Assembly (NCBI GenBank): GCA_963798085.1
Contig: CAWCRS010000004.1
Location: 32,001-96,000, forward strand
DNA from: an uncultured Gemmatimonadales bacterium
GTDB lineage: Bacteria; Gemmatimonadota; Gemmatimonadetes; Longimicrobiales; RSA9
Direction of reading: 5' to 3'
Length of the DNA: 64,000 nucleotides
Shown here: positions 19,277 to 28,236 of the stretch, one piece after another
Layout: each line of letters opens with the position of its first letter
Position numbering within the stretch: the first letter of the stretch is position 1
Made by a program: the position numbers and the translations under genes
Notes under the pieces: generated by a model
What the model was told of the DNA's origin: nothing
Seen by the model: the letters and a program-made list of their open reading frames with translations, nothing else
Databases searched by the model: none

Positions 19277-20200
19277 TCAGCTGCGGCTGGGGGCGTAGAC
19301 GCGCCGGCCGACCTCATCAGCTTCGCCTGGGTCGAACAGGCCGCCCCCATCGAAGCTGGCGACCACCACCGTGATGTTGTCGGGGCCGCCTCGCTGATTG
19401 GCCAGGTCGACGAGACCCTGGCAGAGCGCCGCGGGTTCCGGGTGAAGACCCGCCAGCTCGGCAATGTCCGGGCGTGAGATGACTTTCGACAGGCCATCGG
19501 AGCAGACGATCACCACGTCGCCGCGACGCAGCTCCTGGTAGGTCAGGTCCACATCCACGAACGGCGATGTGCCCAGCGCCTGCAGGATCATGTTGCGGTG
19601 GTCGCTCTTCTCCGCTTCCTCTTCGGTCATGGTGCCGGCATCGACCAGGTGCTGGATGTAGGACTGGTCGCGCGTGATCTGCCTGGCATTGCCGCGGCGC
19701 ACGAGGTAGGCGCGCGAATCGCCCACCTGCGCCACATAGAGGAACGCATCGAACACGCCTACCGCCGTGGCCGTGGTGCCCATGCCGCGGAAGCGCTCGT
19801 CCGCCAGGCTGGTCTCATGAATGCGCGTGTTGCTCGCCTCCACGGCTTCCTTGAGCCGGGAAGCGAACTGCTGCGGCGTATTGATGCGGTCGGTCAGCCA
19901 GAAGCGCTGCAGCTGATCGTGGATCGCCGTAACCGCAACGTTAGCGGCCACGCCGCCGGCCGCGGCGCCGCCCATGCCATCCGCCACCAGGCAGAGCGCG
20001 CCTTTCTCGCCCAGGTCGAACTCGCCGACCGCGGGTTCACCCGTGCCCAGGTCGGGCTCCAGCACGAGGCCGCCGTTCTCCACCGTCGTGAGATCGGAGA
20101 CCAGGAAGGAATCCTGGTTCTCGCGACGTCGCTGCCCGATGTCGGTCTTGCCCGCGACGCGCACCCGGATGCCCCGGTGATCGAAGTCGAAGCCGCTCAC
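19277..20200 (-). CDS. PP2C/PPM-family Ser/Thr protein phosphatase (Stp1/PppA-like), ~307 aa
   Basis: TDIG..RENQD, VADGMGG, VGDSRAY, CSDGL, GGPDNIT motifs; GTGA overlap with the kinase stop. Confidence 0.92.
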   Translation of the reverse strand: MSGFDFDHRGIRVRVAGKTDIGQRRRENQDSFLVSDLTTVENGGLVLEPDLGTGEPAVGEFDLGEKGALCLVADGMGGAAAGGVAANVAVTAIHDQLQRFWLTDRINTPQQFASRLKEAVEASNTRIHETSLADERFRGMGTTATAVGVFDAFLYVAQVGDSRAYLVRRGNARQITRDQSYIQHLVDAGTMTEEEAEKSDHRNMILQALGTSPFVDVDLTYQELRRGDVVIVCSDGLSKVISRPDIAELAGLHPEPAALCQGLVDLANQRGGPDNITVVVASFDGGGLFDPGEADEVGRRVYAPSRS

Positions 20201-21912
20201 CCGCGCAACGCCTTGCACAGGTCCTTCAACGTCAGATAACCCCGCGCGCCGGGTTTCAGCTGGAGTGCGCGGTCAACCCACAGGTCGCAATTGTCGGCAT
20301 CCCGCAGGTTCAGGTACGCGCTGGCCAGCATGTAGGCTGCTAATGCTTTGTTTGGGGCAGAGATTTCTGCGCCATCCCAGTATGCCAGGGCGGTGTCGAT
20401 GACCGCGTGGGCCCCGACTGATGACATTCTGTCCGTCGGCACATAGTCCAGCTGCCGGGGCAGAACTACCTTCGCATCCGCATCGGTCAGTACCGTGGCA
20501 CCCCCGCCGCCGCGATTCGGCGGCTGGCCGCCGCCCTGCGTCGCCTGACCGCTGTCACCGCGTGTGCCGGCGGCTGTCTGTCCGGTGTCGGTCTGCGTGG
20601 AAGCGCCGCCTCGGCGCTGCGGGTGGGCGCGCCCGCCGTCCCCGCCGGAGGCGGATTGCACGACCGTGGGCGAGTCGGCGTGCGCCACCGCATTGGGGTC
20701 GGGATTCTGCGTGCCGGCGCCGCCACGCGAGGGATTGGGGCTGAACAGCGAGAGCGCCGCCCAGGTGCCGCCCGCGATCACGACCACGGCGGCTGCTAAC
20801 ACCAGGGTCAGCGGGAAGCGCCGCTTTCCACCGCCTGCGCCGGTGCCCGCGGGAGGCGCGCCCTCGGGCGGCGGCGGACCCAGCCGGGTCTCGGGTGTCC
20901 ATTCGGCGGCGCCGCGCGGCGAGGGCGAATGGCGGGTAGCGCCGAGACGGCTGTTCGCAGCACCGCCCCCGCCTGCTGCGGTGGCCTGTGGCGCTGCCGG
21001 CGCGCCCGCCACCGCCTGCAGCAGCCGCGGATCCGCGAGATCGCGCGCCAGTGTCGCGGCATCGGGGTAGCGATCGTCGCGCTTGAGCGCGAGCGCGTGC
21101 GTGAGCACGGTCTGCAGCGGCGGCGGAAACGACTGGTCCGGCCTTACGTCCGCCAGTGTCAGCGGTGCGTGCGTGAGCCGCTCCACCATGATCGCCTGCG
21201 TCGATCCACCCTGGAACGGCAGCATGCCGGTGAGCATGCGGAACAGCACGATACCCAGCGAATAAATGTCACTGCGCCCGTCGAGGCGCTCGCCCATGAG
21301 CTGCTCGGGGCTCATGTATTCGGGTGTGCCCAGCACGTAACCCAGGCGGGTGACCTCGTCGCCACCCATGGCTTCCGGACCCTTGGCGATATCGAAGTCC
21401 ACGACCTTCGCGATGTCGCTGCCATCGCGACCCTGCTCGATCATGATGTTGGCGGGCTTCAGGTCGCGGTGCACGATGCCGGTGGCGTGTGCCGCCTCCA
21501 GCGCCAGCGCCACCTGGCGCGCGATGGCCACGGCTCTCGCCGGCGGCAGCGTGCCCTGCGCGCGCAGCAGGTCGCCGAGGGTTCCGCCCGTAATGAATTC
21601 GAGGGCGAGGAAGGGCGAGCCGTCGGCGGTCTCACCGTAGTCGTACAGCGTACAGACATTGGGATGGCGAATGGCGGAGAGATTGCGCGCGCCCCGATTG
21701 AAGCGCGCAATGGTCTCGGCGTCGAAGGCCAGCTGTCCGCGCAGCACCTTGATGGCATCGCGGCGGCCGATCTTCAGGTGCTCACCCAGGTAGACGGCGC
21801 CCATGGCGCCCTCACCCAGCTTCTGCACGATGCGGTAGCGCCCGGCCAGCGTGCTTCCGACCAGCGGATCTTCCGCCGGCGGAGCGCTGCCGGTGCCGCC
21901 GGACTCGCTCAT
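20197..21912 (-). CDS. Membrane-bound Hanks-type Ser/Thr protein kinase (PpkA-like position), 571 aa
   Basis: LGEGAMGAVY, AIK, HRDLKPAN, DFD (for DFG), GTPEYMSPEQ, SDIYSLG; TM helix; short extracytoplasmic TPR-like tail. Confidence 0.92.
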   Translation of the reverse strand: MSESGGTGSAPPAEDPLVGSTLAGRYRIVQKLGEGAMGAVYLGEHLKIGRRDAIKVLRGQLAFDAETIARFNRGARNLSAIRHPNVCTLYDYGETADGSPFLALEFITGGTLGDLLRAQGTLPPARAVAIARQVALALEAAHATGIVHRDLKPANIMIEQGRDGSDIAKVVDFDIAKGPEAMGGDEVTRLGYVLGTPEYMSPEQLMGERLDGRSDIYSLGIVLFRMLTGMLPFQGGSTQAIMVERLTHAPLTLADVRPDQSFPPPLQTVLTHALALKRDDRYPDAATLARDLADPRLLQAVAGAPAAPQATAAGGGGAANSRLGATRHSPSPRGAAEWTPETRLGPPPPEGAPPAGTGAGGGKRRFPLTLVLAAAVVVIAGGTWAALSLFSPNPSRGGAGTQNPDPNAVAHADSPTVVQSASGGDGGRAHPQRRGGASTQTDTGQTAAGTRGDSGQATQGGGQPPNRGGGGATVLTDADAKVVLPRQLDYVPTDRMSSVGAHAVIDTALAYWDGAEISAPNKALAAYMLASAYLNLRDADNCDLWVDRALQLKPGARGYLTLKDLCKALRG

Positions 21913-21987
21913 GCAAACACTCCGTTATGGGGCTGCTCGCGCACGCTGGACTCGCCTGCGGGCGAGGCGACTACGCCGGAAACCCGG

Positions 21988-22485
21988 TCACCGGCAATTG
22001 GCCTGCTCCTTCCGCTCGTCCCATTTCACAGGCCCCTCGAACTTGCGCGCGCGTACGATCTCGACGGGATAGGCATCGGTGCGGAAGCGATGGCAGCCCT
22101 GCACCGTGCGCACCACGATGGTGAGCACATCCTCGCGCTTGCCGGCGGAGTTCAGTTCGGGCCGCACCAGCAGGCTGTCGACGTGAATCTGGTCGTCGGG
22201 CGTCATGCGACCGGCTCCCACAACGATCACCATTTCGCGGTTGAAATCGACGGTGGGCGCAGCGGGCGGTGACGCGAGCGGCGTCGTCGCCTGCTTCCAG
22301 TACTCGAGCATGCTGGCGCCATTGCGGATGACCACGCGCACCGAGTCGCGGATGCCGCCCCCGTTGTCGTAGAGCAGCGGCACGGGTGGCGGCATGGGTG
22401 TGGGCGGCGGCGGCTGTGCCGGCCGGTGGTGAGCGCACGCGCCCAGCAGCAGCGCGCCGAGCAGGATGCGGGCGGATTCGCGCAT
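21988..22485 (-). CDS. Small lipoprotein, PrcB-C-terminal-like domain, ~165 aa
   Basis: Lipobox LLGA-C; Pro-rich tether; 'PTVDFNREMVIVVGAG' motif recalled from PrcB_C-like proteins. Confidence 0.6.
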   Translation of the reverse strand: MRESARILLGALLLGACAHHRPAQPPPPTPMPPPVPLLYDNGGGIRDSVRVVIRNGASMLEYWKQATTPLASPPAAPTVDFNREMVIVVGAGRMTPDDQIHVDSLLVRPELNSAGKREDVLTIVVRTVQGCHRFRTDAYPVEIVRARKFEGPVKWDERKEQANCR

Positions 22486-22524
22486 TGTCGTTCTATCGGT
22501 CGAGGGGAGAAAAGGCACCGGGTT

Positions 22525-25500
22525 TCACTTCGCGATCCGCGTGACACAACGGCCGAGCCGGCCCAGGTAGTCCTTCTGGAAGATGGGCGTACCCTTGCCG
22601 AAGCTCAACTCGGCGGAGAGCGTCGTCGTCTGCCCGGGCACCCTCCAGGTCACCAGCCAGGCCGCGCCGCGGCGCTCGAAGGACGTGGCGCTGTAGAACA
22701 CGTGGAACACGGCCCACGGTCCGGGCGGTGCATCCACCACGATAACATTGGCGTTACCGATCTTCGCGCGGATCTGCGCGCCCGACGTGCCGCCGCCCCG
22801 CCACTCGTAGGTACGCGACGCGGCCTGCGTCGGCGTGAAACGGTCGGGACGGCCATCCAGGTTCACCGTGACTTCGGGAATCTGCGGCGAAGTCTGCGGC
22901 TTGAGCGCGAACACGACGAACGGACCATCGCCATTCTCGTCGAAGAAGGCGCTGGACACTTCCGCCGCGCGATTGAAGAAGTCGACGAATGCGATGTCCG
23001 CCTGGGGCGTTGCACCCGCCTTGGCCACGTAGCGCGAGCCCTGGCGCAGCAGCAGGTCCTGCAGCGCATCCTGGTAGAACTGCCACAGTGCGCCGTTGCC
23101 GGGCTGCAGCGCATTGGTCACTTCGTCGATGGTCGCTTCGGTGCGCGACGCCGAGCTGAACGGGAACTTGCCCGAGAGCTGCGTCAGCGGTGCGCAGAAC
23201 GATGGGCCCTTCTTGTTCACCTCATCGACAGGCAGCGCGCCGATCACGGACTCCGCGCTGGTCACGGGCGCGAGCAGCTGCTGCTGAATGGCGGCGCCCA
23301 CCAGCCGGGCATCGCCTTCCGTGCTGAAATTCCGGGCCATGCCCGAGATCTCGCCCTTCACCTGCTGCGCCGACGAGCTGGCCTGCAGCATGGCCTGGGT
23401 CTGCAGGGAGCCGTTGCTGGTCGCCACTTGGTCGAGCGCCGACTGCAGCCCGCCCAGTGCCGTCAGGTACTTGCCGGCCGGGTCGGATACGCTCGTGGCG
23501 TGTGGCGGCACTACGTCCTGCGCCGGCTTGAAGGCCTTGCCCACCAGCACCGTGTCAACAGCGGTGTTATCAGAGACAATGCCGATCATGCGCAGCAGCG
23601 GCGACTGATTCGAGCTGAGCATGCGCAGCTTGCCGGATGCGTCCTGCACACTGCCGAACGAGCCCACACGACCACCCTGCAGGAAGCGCAGCCACCAGCT
23701 CGTGTACTCGCTGGTGTAACGCCCGCGCAGGTTCTGCTCGAGACGGGCGCGCGCATCGGCCGGCACCGCACTCTCGCCCGCCACCCAGGTCTCGCGATCG
23801 AACAGCTTCTGTATGTTGTTCAGGCTGGCCTGCACCACGTCCCAGCCGTGGCGAGTGAAGGCGCCGGGCACTACCACGTCATTACGCAGCGTCCCATCCG
23901 CCCACTGCACGGATGCCGCCGAATCCGCCGCCGCACCGAGCAGCACGCGATAGAACTGGTCGTCGCCGGCAAAGCCGCGCAGGAATCCACGCACCTGCTC
24001 GACCAGCGCGGTGTCGGCAACGTCGCGGAAGGGATTGCTGAAGGGCAGCTCGTCCGCGTAGAAGCCGAACTGCGCCTGCGCCAGGCGGGCGCGCGCGGAA
24101 TCGGTGGCGCCACCCGCCGTCCAGAACCTCATCAGCGCGGGCGCCAGAAAATCGCGCTTCGATTCGTCCGGCTTGCTGCTCGTGACGATGTACGCTTTCA
24201 GCGCGTCGTAGGTCTGCGGGTACTCGCTGGTCTCGCTGTTCTCGCCGGGCGAGGCGGGCCGCGCGCGCAGCCAGCCCAGCAGCGCGGAACGCGTGCGCTC
24301 CCAGAGCAGCTGCCGGAATCTCGTGAAGTACAGGAGCCGCATCTCTGGCTGCAGCCGGTCGCCCGCGTAGAGTCCCCAGCCCATGCTCGCCGGGTGCCCG
24401 CCGCGAACATAGGTGTTCAGGCGCGCGGCCTCGGCGCGCAGCGAATCGAGGCGCTGCAGCGTTTCCAGATCCGGCAGCGGGCCCACCGAGGCAAGTCCGC
24501 GCGCGCCCGTCACCGCGTTGCGCGCATCGCTCAGCAGGCCGCGATTGCGGAAGAACGAAACCGTGAAGCCAATGGAGAAGACGAGCGCGGCCACGCCGGC
24601 GGCGGCGATGACGGCGCGGCGCAGCAGATTCACCTTGGTGCCGCCCGCGGTCACCCTGCGTGCGACGTCGTCCTTCTGGATGACGTCGCGGAACACGCGC
24701 TCGAGGAAGGACCACTCCGGCACCTTGCGCGAGCCCGCGGGCGCCTGTGCGTGCGCCTGCATCTGCGCCATCTGCGCCTGCAGCTGGCGGGGGTCGAACA
24801 CGCCCGTCGCATCCATGGGCGTCTGCGAGACCGGGCCGCCGGCCGCCGCACGCGGCGCTTCCGCACCCGCGTCGTGCAGGAATACGGCCCGCACACCGGT
24901 GAAGTAGAAACCCCGCAGGAACGGACTGACACCGAGTTGGCTGGGGCGGCACAGATCGAGGAGGAACTGCGTCGCCAGATCCGTGATCTTGCGGAACTCG
25001 CGCGGGAACTCGTATGCGCCCGCCCTCAGATCATCGCGTGTCTCGCGCGGCAGCACATCCAGGCGGCGCAGCGCGAGGCCGCGGAACAGCACGTGGAACG
25101 CCTCCGACAGACGACGCGATTCGCGCTCTGCGTACGCGCCCACACCACCGGCCTGAGGCACGGTGAGCGTGACACCCAGCACATCACGCGTTTCTTCGCG
25201 CGTGAGGCTGCGCATGAAGTCCTCGAAGTACGGCAGCCGGTCCGACTTGGTGAACAGCACGTAGACGGGCAGGCGGATCCCGATCTGCTGCGAGACTTCC
25301 GCCAGCCGGGTGCGCAGCCGCTGCGCGGCCGCGGGCACCGCTTCCGATGCGCCCGGCTTGAGCAGCTCATCACAGCCGAAACACACGACGGCCACACGCG
25401 GCGCCTGCCGCCCGCGCGAGAACACTGCGCCCAGCCGGCTGGGCTGCACGTGCCGGATCAGCCGGCGCCAGCGGCCGGCTTCGTTCAGCACCTTCGCGCC

Positions 25501-25968
25501 CGCCTCGAGCACGAGCGTGCCCTGCGCGAACCACACGTTCACCGACGACGTCGGTACGATCGCGTCGCCACGATACACCTCGCCCGCGAGCAGCTCGGGC
25601 TCCATTCCCGAGTGCGCGACGATCGTGGTCTTGGCGCTGCTCGCCGGGCCCGTCATCAGAATGACCGGCAGCCGGCCGAACTTCGCCGCGGCCTTGCCCT
25701 TCGCCGCCGCGAGCCGGTTCCTTGCCGCCGAGAACGTGACGTCGATTTCGTCGCGGCCCTCCGCTTCCACCGGCTCGGCCTTCGCCTTCCCGGACTGCCA
25801 CAGGAACACGAGGATGGCGGCAATCAGACCGAGCAGCCACACGCCCCCCACCAGCAGCCATCGGCTCGAGCCGGTCAGACCCAGAAGCGCGGCCGCAGCC
25901 CAGCCCACCAGCAGGAAGAGCAGAAACGTGCTGCTCGTGAAGGTCCAGATCTTTGGCGCTCGCTTCAT
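22525..25968 (-). CDS. tssM: T6SS membrane complex subunit TssM (IcmF), 1147 aa
   Basis: Two N-terminal TMs; degenerate Walker A GPASSAKTT; 'LPVYVLFTKSDRL', 'FLRGFYFTG'; third TM; periplasmic domain with 'VPGAFT..GW' and C-terminal 'GPWAVF'. Confidence 0.92.
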   Translation of the reverse strand: MKRAPKIWTFTSSTFLLFLLVGWAAAALLGLTGSSRWLLVGGVWLLGLIAAILVFLWQSGKAKAEPVEAEGRDEIDVTFSAARNRLAAAKGKAAAKFGRLPVILMTGPASSAKTTIVAHSGMEPELLAGEVYRGDAIVPTSSVNVWFAQGTLVLEAGAKVLNEAGRWRRLIRHVQPSRLGAVFSRGRQAPRVAVVCFGCDELLKPGASEAVPAAAQRLRTRLAEVSQQIGIRLPVYVLFTKSDRLPYFEDFMRSLTREETRDVLGVTLTVPQAGGVGAYAERESRRLSEAFHVLFRGLALRRLDVLPRETRDDLRAGAYEFPREFRKITDLATQFLLDLCRPSQLGVSPFLRGFYFTGVRAVFLHDAGAEAPRAAAGGPVSQTPMDATGVFDPRQLQAQMAQMQAHAQAPAGSRKVPEWSFLERVFRDVIQKDDVARRVTAGGTKVNLLRRAVIAAAGVAALVFSIGFTVSFFRNRGLLSDARNAVTGARGLASVGPLPDLETLQRLDSLRAEAARLNTYVRGGHPASMGWGLYAGDRLQPEMRLLYFTRFRQLLWERTRSALLGWLRARPASPGENSETSEYPQTYDALKAYIVTSSKPDESKRDFLAPALMRFWTAGGATDSARARLAQAQFGFYADELPFSNPFRDVADTALVEQVRGFLRGFAGDDQFYRVLLGAAADSAASVQWADGTLRNDVVVPGAFTRHGWDVVQASLNNIQKLFDRETWVAGESAVPADARARLEQNLRGRYTSEYTSWWLRFLQGGRVGSFGSVQDASGKLRMLSSNQSPLLRMIGIVSDNTAVDTVLVGKAFKPAQDVVPPHATSVSDPAGKYLTALGGLQSALDQVATSNGSLQTQAMLQASSSAQQVKGEISGMARNFSTEGDARLVGAAIQQQLLAPVTSAESVIGALPVDEVNKKGPSFCAPLTQLSGKFPFSSASRTEATIDEVTNALQPGNGALWQFYQDALQDLLLRQGSRYVAKAGATPQADIAFVDFFNRAAEVSSAFFDENGDGPFVVFALKPQTSPQIPEVTVNLDGRPDRFTPTQAASRTYEWRGGGTSGAQIRAKIGNANVIVVDAPPGPWAVFHVFYSATSFERRGAAWLVTWRVPGQTTTLSAELSFGKGTPIFQKDYLGRLGRCVTRIAK

Positions 25969-25979
25969 CGGGATCGATC

Positions 25980-26711
25980 CTAACTGCCGCTTACGAGCTG
26001 GGCGGCGGCATCACGAACGTGATTCGCGCCCGAGATCAGTGTGAGCTTGTACAGTACGAAGAGCAGCAGCGCGAAGGCGATGACACCACCCGCCATGAGC
26101 GCCAGCCGGCGCAGCCACGGATCCGACGCCGCCGCCACCAGCTCGCCCTGCGGCAGCACCCACGCCGCGGGCATGGCGGCACGCGTGCCGCGAATGCGCT
26201 GGATCTTCTGCTGGATCGACATCACCAGGCCCTGCAGCGTGCCCGGATCACTCGCCGTGTACTTGCCCCGGAAGCCCAGCAGCAGACACAGCACGTAGAC
26301 CTCGAGCAGGTCCGCCAGCTCCGGCGCATCCTGCCTGGCCATCAGCTCGCCCACGTAGCGGAAGAAATTCTCGCCCGCCATGTGCTCGCCGAAGATCTCC
26401 TCCTGCAGCGGCTGGCGGGTCCAGTCCGCGAACATGCCCTGGGACGAGTGCAGCACCGTCTCGTCCAGGAACGCGATGTACGCGTAGATGGCCAGCTTCA
26501 CATGCTCGGCGTCGTAGCCGCGCGCGCGCGCATCGCGGTCCGCGCTTGCCAGCAGCGCCTTCACGTGCGCGCGGAATGACTGCGCATCGGTCGCTGCCTG
26601 GCGGTTCGCGCGCAGCCGCACCGCCACCGTGAACGCCTCCTGCAGCGCCAGGGCCAGCTCGCCCGCGCGCGCCGCGGCTTCGGCCCCGGGCCGAACCGTC
26701 TGGGAACTCAT
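25980..26711 (-). CDS. tssL: T6SS TssL (DotU), 243 aa, no OmpA domain
   Basis: 'AFLDETVL...W..QPLQ..FGEHMAGENFF...LEVYVLCLLLGFRGKY'; C-terminal TM; ATGA overlap with the tssK stop. Confidence 0.92.
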   Translation of the reverse strand: MSSQTVRPGAEAAARAGELALALQEAFTVAVRLRANRQAATDAQSFRAHVKALLASADRDARARGYDAEHVKLAIYAYIAFLDETVLHSSQGMFADWTRQPLQEEIFGEHMAGENFFRYVGELMARQDAPELADLLEVYVLCLLLGFRGKYTASDPGTLQGLVMSIQQKIQRIRGTRAAMPAAWVLPQGELVAAASDPWLRRLALMAGGVIAFALLLFVLYKLTLISGANHVRDAAAQLVSGS

Positions 26712-28067
26712 GATCCGAGCACGATGGTCAGCTCCAGCTCTGCATTGGGAATCGCGGCCGGCAGGTACATGCCCACGTTGCCCGTCTTCGCCATGAGCGC
26801 CCAGCACGGACCGGCCGTCTGTACGTGGAAATAGTGCGAGCCCATGCGCGGCGAGATGGCAGCCGGGGGCGAGGCTTCGTAATCGAGTGTCAGGCCGGGC
26901 AGGCCCTCGCGCACCAGCCGCGTGATGTGTTCCGCGGAGCATACCTTGGTCAGGCGAGGCACGCCGGTGGCCACTTCTGCGCGCGAACCCGTCGAGCGCA
27001 CCCCCAGATACCAGTGTGTGCCGGGCGCGAAACAGCGCTGGTCCGGCACCGGCGCGCGATAGAAGAACTGCTGCTCGGTCGCCACCATGGGAACCACCAC
27101 CGCGTTGGTCGGAATGATGATCTCGAGAATGCCGCCGGATATGGCTCTCCAGCGCGTCGAAGCACGTCGCCAGATCGTCGTGATCGTAGGACGGCAGGTC
27201 ACGCGGGTGGGCATCGAACGAAAACGTGCACAGTGCGCCCGCCAGGCGGGACATCTCAATGAACAGGCGCTCGGGGTGCACCGCACGCGTCTGCAGCAGG
27301 TGCCGCAGCGGCGAGTTTGCCGCATTGACGGCGTGCGTCAGCCAGAAATTCGCCACTTCGCGCGCCGCCCATTCCGCCAGCGGCTGCTGCGTCGCGCGAC
27401 GCTCGCGCAGCATCGCGTCCGACTTCGCGTCCAAAATCTCGACAAGGCGGGCTGTCATGCGGAGCAGGCGCTCGCTCGCACCCAGCTGCAGGCAGGGCGG
27501 CACGTAGTCCGGATCATAAATGAAATGGCCCCGCCCGTCTCGGCGTACCCGCGCGATGGGCAGCGTCACCAGATCTTCGTGCTCCTGATGCTCGAGCAGC
27601 AGGCGGAAGTTCTTGCGACCCAGTACGACCTGCTTCTCGTCGCTGCCCGTGATCTCGTCCGAGAGGGACTGCGGCGTGGCGACGTAGCGCACCCCGGAGC
27701 GGTCGACTTCGCCGTCCAGCGCACAGTTGGCGTGACCCGCGCGCTCCGGCGGAATCGCCAGCAGCACGGCATGACGGTCGTGCACCGGTGAGAACAGGGG
27801 TCCGACGTCGAGCGGGTCGGGCGGCGTGTCTTCGGGAAAATGGAAGGCCAGACCATCGGGCATCAGCCCGCGCGCGTGTGTCAGCGAAACGGTCCCGTTC
27901 AGCAGCGCGTCGACGTCCAGCTCGCACCCGACCAGTCCATACGTGCGGAAGAAGAGGCTGCCCAGCGCGAACGAGGTCAGCTCTTCGAAATACCGGTTTT
28001 GCGCCTGGAAGTGGTGCTGGGCCAGGTGCATGCCCTCGCGCCACACCACGGGTGACAAGAACTTCAT
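26708..28067 (-). CDS. tssK: T6SS baseplate TssK (copy 2), ~452 aa; +1 frameshift at ~27129 in this sequence
   Basis: 'VVWREGMHLAQHHFQAQ', 'VANFWL', 'HPERLF', 'YDHDDL..CF'. Deleting one T in CATTCTCGAG restores HIRRHLEIIIP and a length matching the other TssK. Confidence 0.88.
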
Positions 28068-28139
28068 GCTCTCCTCCGAGCCCAGCGCGCGCATGCACAA
28101 TGCACGGCCACGCTCGATTGCCGGCTACGGTAACGGCGG

Positions 28140-28151
28140 GTAGTATACTAC
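28140..28151. promoter_or_regulatory. Perfect 12-bp palindrome GTAGTATACTAC in divergent intergenic region (bidirectional -10 or operator)
   Basis: Self-complementary AT-rich island with TATACT on both strands, between tssK2 (start 28067) and the Pro-rich gene (start 28237). Confidence 0.5.
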
Positions 28152-28236
28152 GTTGCCGGCGCGTTGGCCGGAACCATCGACGCATCCGCTCCGATCGACG
28201 CATTTGATCACAACGCTCGCGCCGCCCGAGTACTGA

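Noticed and set aside
22426..25983. 1185-aa plus-strand ORF and other long antisense ORFs (e.g. 9417-10892, 17871-19298, 20929-22272, 38442-40043, 42141-43346, 62373-63746)
   Set aside because: Shadow ORFs opposite well-supported genes, expected from high-GC codon bias; no recognisable motifs.
25980..28100. 706-aa apparent TssK-TssL fusion ORF
   Set aside because: Produced by the +1 insertion at ~27129. The true TssK C-terminus is in another frame ending at 26708, and tssL has its own overlapping ATG at 26711.
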